Shown one piece after another: positions 44,464-51,119 of a stretch of 64,000 nt of DNA. The position numbers and the translations under genes are program-made. The first letter of the stretch is position 1, and every line of letters begins with the position of its first letter. Source of the stretch: Candidatus Dormiibacterota bacterium (GTDB lineage Bacteria > Chloroflexota > Dormibacteria > Aeolococcales > Bog-877); contig DATLRN010000029.1 in NCBI GenBank assembly GCA_035534695.1, forward strand, positions 8,771-72,770. The letters are read 5' to 3'. Under the pieces are notes generated by a model. The model had not been told where the DNA came from and did no database searches. It saw nothing but the letters and a program-made list of their open reading frames with translations.

Positions 44464-45879
44464 ATGTCCAGCCGGGTGATGACACCTGTCCGCCAGGGGG
44501 CGGCCTCGGGCGAGCTCGCCAGCTCGGTGGTGATCGCGGCACTGTCCCGCGCCCTGGATCTGGCTGAGGGCGAGCCCATGGGTCATTCCATCCGCTCCTG
44601 CTGGCTGGGGATGCAGATGGCCCGGTGGCTGGAGCTCCGTCCCACTGATCGGCAAGACCTCTACTACGCTCTCTTGCTCAAGGATGCCGGCTGCTCGGCC
44701 AACGCCTACAGCGTCACCCACTGGTTCCAAGCCGACGACCTGGTCACCAAAGCGGAGCTCAAGATCACCGACTGGACCAGTCAGTGGCGCTCGATGATCT
44801 TCGCCATCCGACAGACAGCGCCCTCGGCACCGATTACCCGGCGCATGGCCCAGCTGGTCTCAGTAGGCAGCCGGGGGGCCGGCCTGGCCAACGAGCTGGT
44901 CGAGGTGCGCTGCACCAGAGGGGCGGAGATGGTTCGCCAGCTGGGATGGGCCGAGCCCGCCGCGGCCGCAGTCCTCAGCCTGGACGAGCACTGGAACGGC
45001 TCGGGTCGGCCTCACGGCCTGAAAGGCGACGAGATCCCACTCCTCTCTCGAATCGCTCTGCTGACCCAAACGGTCGAGATCTTCTGGCGACGCGGCGGCG
45101 GCCGAGCGGCCGAGACGGTGCTGCGTCAGAGGCGGGGCAAGTGGTTCGATCCAGTGCTGGTCGACCTGGTCCTGGCCCACGCCGGCGATTCCAAGCTCTG
45201 GCGGCAGATGGCCGAGATCACCCACCCCGAGCATGTCGGCCACCTCGACCCTGAGCCCAGGATCATCCCCTCCACCAGCATCGACGACATGATTCGGATC
45301 GGTGAGGTCTTCGCCGCCGCGGTGGATGCCAAGTCGCCCTGGACCACCAACCACTCGACCCGGACAGCGGCCCTGGCGCGGCTGATGGCCGAGACCATGA
45401 ACTTCACCCCGATCGAGCAGGACCGGGTCGGGTTGGCCGGCCTCCTCCACGATCTCGGCAAGCTGGCCATCAGCAATGCCATCCTGGACAAGGCCGGCCC
45501 GCTGCTCCCCGAGGAGATGGAGGAGATGCAGCGCCACACCTCGATCACCCATGACATCCTGGCCCCCCTCTGGCCTCTCGACGACGTGGCCGAGATGGCC
45601 GCCTCCCACCACGAGCGTTTGGACGGGAGCGGCTACCACCGCAGGCTGCGGGGCCCGGAATTGGCCCATGGGGCCGACGTCCTGGCGGTCGCCGATGTCT
45701 ACGAGGCCCTGACCGCTCACCGCTCCTACCGGCGCGGTATGGATGCCGACGAGGCGGTCCGCGAGCTAAAGAAAGAGCAGGGCAAGCGGCTCGCCGCGGA
45801 ACCGATCGCGGCAATTGAGCAGATGGTCGCCTGCCGCCGTGCCGACGAGGGCGAAGCGGGAACCGTCTCCCCTACATGA
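44464..45879 (+). CDS. Tandem HD-GYP-type phosphohydrolase: degenerate N-terminal copy plus near-canonical C-terminal copy
   Basis: C-terminal copy: HSTRTA, LLHDLGKLAI and HHERLDGSGYHRRL. N-terminal copy has the same layout but KDAGC replaces HDxGK and DEHWNGSGRPHGL replaces HHE..DGSGYP. Confidence 0.82.
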   Translation: MSSRVMTPVRQGAASGELASSVVIAALSRALDLAEGEPMGHSIRSCWLGMQMARWLELRPTDRQDLYYALLLKDAGCSANAYSVTHWFQADDLVTKAELKITDWTSQWRSMIFAIRQTAPSAPITRRMAQLVSVGSRGAGLANELVEVRCTRGAEMVRQLGWAEPAAAAVLSLDEHWNGSGRPHGLKGDEIPLLSRIALLTQTVEIFWRRGGGRAAETVLRQRRGKWFDPVLVDLVLAHAGDSKLWRQMAEITHPEHVGHLDPEPRIIPSTSIDDMIRIGEVFAAAVDAKSPWTTNHSTRTAALARLMAETMNFTPIEQDRVGLAGLLHDLGKLAISNAILDKAGPLLPEEMEEMQRHTSITHDILAPLWPLDDVAEMAASHHERLDGSGYHRRLRGPELAHGADVLAVADVYEALTAHRSYRRGMDADEAVRELKKEQGKRLAAEPIAAIEQMVACRRADEGEAGTVSPT

Positions 45880-46537
45880 AGTAGAGGATCAGGCCGGCCC
45901 CGACGACGAGGTAGGGGCCGTAGGGCAGGGCATCACGGAAGCCGACGCGGCGGGTCACCAGGAGCAGGATGGTGACCACGCCACCGATGATCGTCCCCGC
46001 GATGAGTGCCCAGAGGGCATAGAGCTGACCGTAGTTGAGGCTCATCCCAGTCATCGCCCCGATCACCATGGCCAGCTTGACGTCACCCCAGCCGAAGCCC
46101 TGACCGTCGTGAAAGATCTCGCTGACCACAGCGAAGGGAAGCATCAGGCCGCCGCCGATCAGGATCCCAAAGAGAGCCCGGACAATTGAGAGGTCGGGGC
46201 TGAGGTTGGCCAGCACCAGGGCCAGGGCCAGCGATGGCAGGGTGATCAAGTCGAGGACCAGCCGGTGCTTCAGGTCGAAGCCGAAGATCTGGATCAGCAC
46301 CAGGATCCAGACGCTATGGACGAGCAGGCCCGGTCCCATGCCCTGACGGAGCGCAAAGGCGGCGAAGCCGATCAGTCCCATCAGCGGCATCGCCACCAGC
46401 TCGAGCGGGCCCCTGCCTACCTCGAAGGGCGGGTCCTCATCGGCCAGGGACTTCTCCAAGAACAGCGACAGCTGTCCCATCAGAGCTCCCCCCAAGAGAC
46501 CCAGGACTCCCCAGCCCAGCGCCTCGGCCGGGGTCAC
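45872..46537 (-). CDS. A24-family prepilin peptidase, peptidase domain only
   Basis: Polytopic 221 aa. FGFDLKHRLVLD and GQGFGWGDVKL provide the two Asp motifs. Confidence 0.8.
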   Translation of the reverse strand: MTPAEALGWGVLGLLGGALMGQLSLFLEKSLADEDPPFEVGRGPLELVAMPLMGLIGFAAFALRQGMGPGLLVHSVWILVLIQIFGFDLKHRLVLDLITLPSLALALVLANLSPDLSIVRALFGILIGGGLMLPFAVVSEIFHDGQGFGWGDVKLAMVIGAMTGMSLNYGQLYALWALIAGTIIGGVVTILLLVTRRVGFRDALPYGPYLVVGAGLILYFM

Positions 46538-46577
46538 CTGGATAGAGGGCCCCTGCCCTCAGCCAGCCATCGCCAGC

Positions 46578-47603
46578 TCATCCGAGTCCGGCCTCCTGGA
46601 CCTGTTGATCGTGCTGGGCAAGAGTGATGCTGTAGTCCACCTTACCGTTGGCCAGGGCCAGAAAGTACAGGTAGTCCGTGGCCGTGGGGTGGAGCACCGC
46701 CTCGATGGCGGTGACCCCCGGACTGTCGATCGGACCGGGGGGCAGCCCCGAATTCAGATAGGTGTTGTAGGGCGACACGAACTGGGTGTTCACGTTGGTG
46801 CTGTTGTCGCCCGCCAACGACTGGGCGTAGAGGACGGTGACGTCGCTCTCCAGGGGCATGTCGTCGTGAAGGCGGTTGAAGAAGACCCCGGCCACCAGGC
46901 CGCGATCCTTGACCGTGGCTGCCTCGGCGGAAACAATCGAGGCCAGCACCACCACCTGGAATGGCGAAAGACCCACGGCGGCCGCCCCCTTGGTGATGTC
47001 CGCGCCCACGCGGGTGTTGAAGTCCTCGATCTGTCGAGCCAGCATCTGGTCGGGGGTGGTCTTGGGTAGGACCTGGTAGGTGTCACCGAAAGCGAAGCCC
47101 TCCCAACCGGCTCCCGCCGGGGTCCCCGCCAAGGGAGTTATCCCCGGGAAGGTAGTGGCGGAGTCAGCGACTTTGAGGTAGCTGGCCGCCGAAAAGAGGC
47201 CATCGGACTGGAAGATCTGAGCTTCCTTGGTGAGGCGGAGACCGTCCGGAATGGTGACGTTGAAGGCCTGGCTCAGCGGTGGTCCCTTGAGCACGTCGAC
47301 GACTTCCTGGGCGTCCATGCCCGGGTCCAGCTCGTAGCGGCCCGGCTTGAGGGCATCCTGGAGAGATTTGCTTTCGGCGAAATACTTGAAGAAGAAGCTG
47401 CTCCGAATCAGTCGGCGGTGCTCCAAGCTGACCGCCACCTGGCTCACGGTTTCGCCTTTGCCGATGGTGAAGAGGACCTCGTGCGATGGGACGGTGCTGA
47501 CCGCCGAAAGGTCACGTCGGACGATCACGCCAAGCGCCGCCCCCGCCCCCACGAGCAGCACCACCAACACCAGAAAACAGCTGATCAAGGGATGCCGCCT
47601 CAC
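46578..47603 (-). CDS. mltG: Endolytic murein transglycosylase MltG (YceG-like)
   Basis: N-terminal TM helix, a YceG core (TIPDGLRL...FASIVSAEA-type ASIVSAEAATVKDR, SPYNTYLNSGLPPGPI), and synteny with ruvX. Confidence 0.9.
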   Translation of the reverse strand: MRRHPLISCFLVLVVLLVGAGAALGVIVRRDLSAVSTVPSHEVLFTIGKGETVSQVAVSLEHRRLIRSSFFFKYFAESKSLQDALKPGRYELDPGMDAQEVVDVLKGPPLSQAFNVTIPDGLRLTKEAQIFQSDGLFSAASYLKVADSATTFPGITPLAGTPAGAGWEGFAFGDTYQVLPKTTPDQMLARQIEDFNTRVGADITKGAAAVGLSPFQVVVLASIVSAEAATVKDRGLVAGVFFNRLHDDMPLESDVTVLYAQSLAGDNSTNVNTQFVSPYNTYLNSGLPPGPIDSPGVTAIEAVLHPTATDYLYFLALANGKVDYSITLAQHDQQVQEAGLG

Positions 47604-47980
47604 TAAATGGGCCTCCCCTCTCCGGCCAGTGCCTGCTGCAGGATCAAGGTGGCCGCGACTTGGTCTCCCACCTCGCGCCGGCGCGCCCGGGAGGCGCCTC
47701 CTGCGATCAGGTGTCGTTCTGCCTGCTTGGTGGTGAGGCGCTCGTCGAGGAAGGTCACCCCAACCCCGGTGGCCTGAGCCACCGCCGCTCCAAAGTCCCT
47801 CGCCTCTTTGGCCGAGTTGCCTTCGACTCCATCCATCTGTAGGGGCAGGCCGACCACGATCGCCGTGACCGCGAGCTGCTCGACTAGGCGGGCGATCTGG
47901 GTGAGGTCGCGTTGATCCGAGCGGCGCAAGACGGTTGAGTGTGGCTGGGCGATGGTCCGGGTCTCGTCGCTCACCGCCAC
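47603..47980 (-). CDS. ruvX: Putative pre-16S rRNA nuclease / Holliday-junction-resolvase-like RuvX (YqgF)
   Basis: VGVAVSDETRTIA...IVVGLPLQMDGVEGNSA...DERLTT. Coordinates use the first canonical start (GTG). The conserved RILALDPGRTR segment is encoded in frame upstream, up to 48049 (see finding). Confidence 0.85.
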   Translation of the reverse strand: MAVSDETRTIAQPHSTVLRRSDQRDLTQIARLVEQLAVTAIVVGLPLQMDGVEGNSAKEARDFGAAVAQATGVGVTFLDERLTTKQAERHLIAGGASRARRREVGDQVAATLILQQALAGEGRPI

Positions 47981-48041
47981 CCCGACTCTCGTTCGCCCGG
48001 GATCGAGCGCCAGGATCCTGCCCCGCCCGGCAGCTGCCGAA

Positions 48042-49787
48042 CTAACCAGAGGTGCGCCCCTGCGTCAAAGAAACGCGAACGAGGTGGATGTTGCCCGAGA
48101 ACAGTGGCAGCCAGGGCAGACCGAAGGGTGACTGGGAGATGGTCACGGTGCTGGATCCTGGCAGATGCCCCAGCAGGTAGGTCTTGGCTGCGCCCGGGCT
48201 CATGAAGCTCAACTTGCCCTGGAAGGTTTTGAGATCCAACTGGGGAGCCCAATAGCCAACCGCATGAGATGCCAGCGTCACCGTACCTCCGGCACCGGCG
48301 GACACGACGCGGGGATTGCCCAGATCGGGGTCCGCCAACAGCTCTCCGTTGGAGGGAACCTTCGACTTGAGGTCCTTCAGCACAGCGGCCTTGGCCGCCG
48401 CGGGACTGTAGGCGGTAGCCGCAGCAGTCAGGGTCACCGTGAGGGTCTCGGTGGTCGCGGCGGGGCAGGGTGTGGATGCCGAGGTGTTGCACCCCGTCGG
48501 TAGCGTGGGATTGTTGACCGTGACCACGATGCCGGTGCCGCCCGCGGTCTCGGCGATGACACTCTTGTCCTGCGCGGCCAACCGCCGCAGTTGCTTCTTG
48601 GCCTTCTTGGTGAGGTTGGTATCGACGGTCTGCTGTTTTTGCGTCGCCGCCGCGGCGTCAGAGGTGGAGAAGACCGACTGCGTGGTAGCACCCTTACCAC
48701 CGGTCATGGCCGACGAGTTTGTAATGTGCAGATTGTTGGCATTGTTGTTGCAGACACCCGGACCGGAACTTACGCATCCAGAACCGGGGTAGTTGGTCCA
48801 GCTCCACCCTGCCCCCGATCCCACGTTTCCCTGGGTACCAACGGTGTTCGCGTCTGCCTGAACAGCCACCCCAGACGAGTAGGTTGGGCAGTTGGGCAGC
48901 GCCACAGATTGACCTTCGCCACCGGTGGTAGTCGTGAATCCAATTCCGCTCGTCGTCGTGTCCGCGAATGCGGGCGCATTCCCCTGGAACGACAGGGTCA
49001 AATTCGTCGCAGGTCCACTCCAGCAGAACTCAAGATCTCCGGTCGCAGGCACCGGAGGCAGCGACTGCGTCCCGCTGGGCGTAGCCGTGAAGTTCTGGGT
49101 GAACGTATTGCTCTGGAGAGCCTCGGTCGAGATTTGGTCAAGGGTGGGCCCCGACCCAGATCCCGTGGTCCCCTGGATCGTGGCGGTGTCGGCGAGCCGG
49201 TGAGCCCTCACCCCGAGGGTGATCGTGGCTGAGGGGAATACGAAGAGAAGAAGCAGAAGCACTACCAATACCACGGCGCTGCCAATGACCAGAAGTCGCT
49301 GGCGGCCCTGCTGCGAATCCCACATCTCGTGCAGGCGGGTCCACCATCCGGCTGCCCCGCCGGTGCCCGCCGCCAGTAGCGCCGAGGGGCCGCGCTTGGC
49401 CAGTTCCGTAGTTGGTGCGTCCTCCCCGGAAACGACCGGGGCCGCCACCACGGCAGCTGCAGCGGCGGTGGCGGCGACGGCGGCGGCGGGTACCTCGGGT
49501 ACTCCGCGCAAGGGAGCGCCCTGCTCCAGGGTGGCCAAAGAGGCGAAGGTGGGGAAGCCGGTGCGGATCGCCAGACCCTGGATCTGGGGATCGCCGGTGA
49601 CGATTGCGATCCGCTTCTGGAAGCCCCGCGTGTACTGCATGAGCAGGCGCATGTCGAGGGGAGAGCGCAGGACCTTGCCATCGGGGGGCACCACGAAGAC
49701 TAGGTCGCGGTCTCCCTCGGCGCGGCGGATCCGATCGACCAGGTCGGTGATCTCGTCGTTCGGCTCTACGTAGAGAAGCTTGGCCAT
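48042..49787 (-). CDS. Uncharacterised bitopic membrane protein (581 aa): cytoplasmic N-domain, Ala-rich linker, one TM helix, large Thr/Gly/Ser/Asn-rich ectodomain
   Basis: Long ORF with good GC3. TM helix LLVIGSAVVLVVLLLLLFVF at about residues 164-185. Six Cys in three close pairs in the ectodomain. I recognise no named family motif with confidence. Confidence 0.75.
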   Translation of the reverse strand: MAKLLYVEPNDEITDLVDRIRRAEGDRDLVFVVPPDGKVLRSPLDMRLLMQYTRGFQKRIAIVTGDPQIQGLAIRTGFPTFASLATLEQGAPLRGVPEVPAAAVAATAAAAAVVAAPVVSGEDAPTTELAKRGPSALLAAGTGGAAGWWTRLHEMWDSQQGRQRLLVIGSAVVLVVLLLLLFVFPSATITLGVRAHRLADTATIQGTTGSGSGPTLDQISTEALQSNTFTQNFTATPSGTQSLPPVPATGDLEFCWSGPATNLTLSFQGNAPAFADTTTSGIGFTTTTGGEGQSVALPNCPTYSSGVAVQADANTVGTQGNVGSGAGWSWTNYPGSGCVSSGPGVCNNNANNLHITNSSAMTGGKGATTQSVFSTSDAAAATQKQQTVDTNLTKKAKKQLRRLAAQDKSVIAETAGGTGIVVTVNNPTLPTGCNTSASTPCPAATTETLTVTLTAAATAYSPAAAKAAVLKDLKSKVPSNGELLADPDLGNPRVVSAGAGGTVTLASHAVGYWAPQLDLKTFQGKLSFMSPGAAKTYLLGHLPGSSTVTISQSPFGLPWLPLFSGNIHLVRVSLTQGRTSG

Positions 49788-49838
49788 GACGGTCAGGTCC
49801 CCCGACCTTCATGCGCATCAGCCCAACATCGGATCCCG

Positions 49839-51119
49839 TTACGAGCCATCCGTACCCCGGATTACCTGAGTGACCTTGCGCAGAATCCCCTCCAGCCCGG
49901 GTCCCGCCTCGGCCGCCTCTTCGATCTGTCCGCATCCCTGGTACGCCAGGCCCATGGGAACGACGTCGGCCGGAGAGGTGAGCAGGCCGGTCGTGTCGTG
50001 CACTGCCGTGAGTTCCTCGGGGCCCAACTGGCGGAAGGTAGGCGGCTGGACGAAGGGTAGGTAGTCGGTCCAGCGGAGGACACTCAGCTGCTCACCAACC
50101 TCAGGCAGCATCGCTCCCCCACCGTAGAGTCGGATCCTAGTGGGCAGAGGCTGGCCCCTGGCCATGTCATGGAGAACCAGCGCCACCCCCTGGGCCAGGA
50201 CCTCGGCCGACTCACCCATGGCTCGGCGGGCCATGGCCTCCTCCTGGCCGCCCAGCATGCCCGCGGAGTGGCGCAGCTTGAGACTCTCGGCCAGGATCAG
50301 GGAGAGATCCATGTCGTGGGCGAGCTTGCGGGTGAAGGCCCTGCCCCCCAGCTCGAACATCCGGGTCGACTCCAAGATGGCGTTACGGACCAGGCTGACG
50401 GTGGTGGTCCGGGCGCCGATGTCGATGAAGATCGCCCCCGATTCCAAGACCTCCGGGGTGGAGGCCAGGCGGGCTAAGGCGTAGGGTTCGGCAACCGTCT
50501 CCAGCAGCTCGAGATCAAGCGCCTGGGCGACCTCGTCGACGGCCGCGAACTGGCCCTCGGTGGCAAATGTGTTGAACACGGTGAGCTCCACCTTCTGGCC
50601 CTGGTAGCGGAGCGGATCGAGGACCGGCTGCCCGTCCACCTTGGCCGCCGTGATCGAGGAGTGGACCAGCCGAAGCGGCCCGTCGCCCCCGCCGGGGGAC
50701 TCCTCGTCGAGCCGTGCCTGCGCCTCGCGCAAGGCCCGCCGCTGGATGCCTTCCACCTGGTCGTCGACCTCGCGTCGGGAGATCCGCACCTGCGGCCTGC
50801 CCCGGATTCGAGACCCGGAATTGCTGGCCGCCCGCACCCGGGAGCCGCCGATGCCGATCACCACGCGGGTCGGGATAACCTCTGCCATGTCCTCGGCGGC
50901 CTCCAGGGCGGCGTGACAACCCTCGATCACCGACTCCATGTCGACGCCCCTGGAAGGATCCAGTTGACCAGGCCCTTGCTCGGAACGGCCCACGCCGAGC
51001 ACGATCGCTTCGCCAGCATCCTTCTTGAGGACCAACGCCTTGATCACCTGGGCTCCGATATCGAGCGCGGTGACGTGGGTCTTAGGCTGTCGGCGCGCCG
51101 ACGGGGCCTGCGGCATCAC
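49839..51119 (-). CDS. FtsA/PilM-like actin-fold (ASKHA) ATPase
   Basis: ALDIGAQVIKALVL (phosphate 1), IFIDIGARTTTVSLV (phosphate 2), LGGRAFT and LYGGGAMLPEVG (adenosine). Start is GTG at 51119 or ATG at 51116, overlapping the alaS TGA. Confidence 0.78.
   Translation of the reverse strand: MMPQAPSARRQPKTHVTALDIGAQVIKALVLKKDAGEAIVLGVGRSEQGPGQLDPSRGVDMESVIEGCHAALEAAEDMAEVIPTRVVIGIGGSRVRAASNSGSRIRGRPQVRISRREVDDQVEGIQRRALREAQARLDEESPGGGDGPLRLVHSSITAAKVDGQPVLDPLRYQGQKVELTVFNTFATEGQFAAVDEVAQALDLELLETVAEPYALARLASTPEVLESGAIFIDIGARTTTVSLVRNAILESTRMFELGGRAFTRKLAHDMDLSLILAESLKLRHSAGMLGGQEEAMARRAMGESAEVLAQGVALVLHDMARGQPLPTRIRLYGGGAMLPEVGEQLSVLRWTDYLPFVQPPTFRQLGPEELTAVHDTTGLLTSPADVVPMGLAYQGCGQIEEAAEAGPGLEGILRKVTQVIRGTDGS

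Noticed and set aside
49430-49500. GCN/GGC-rich repetitive stretch that looks like a tandem repeat.
   Set aside because: It is in frame within the 581-aa ORF and encodes the Ala/Val-rich linker (AAAVAATAAAAAVVAAP). This is coding low complexity, not a non-coding repeat or CRISPR array.
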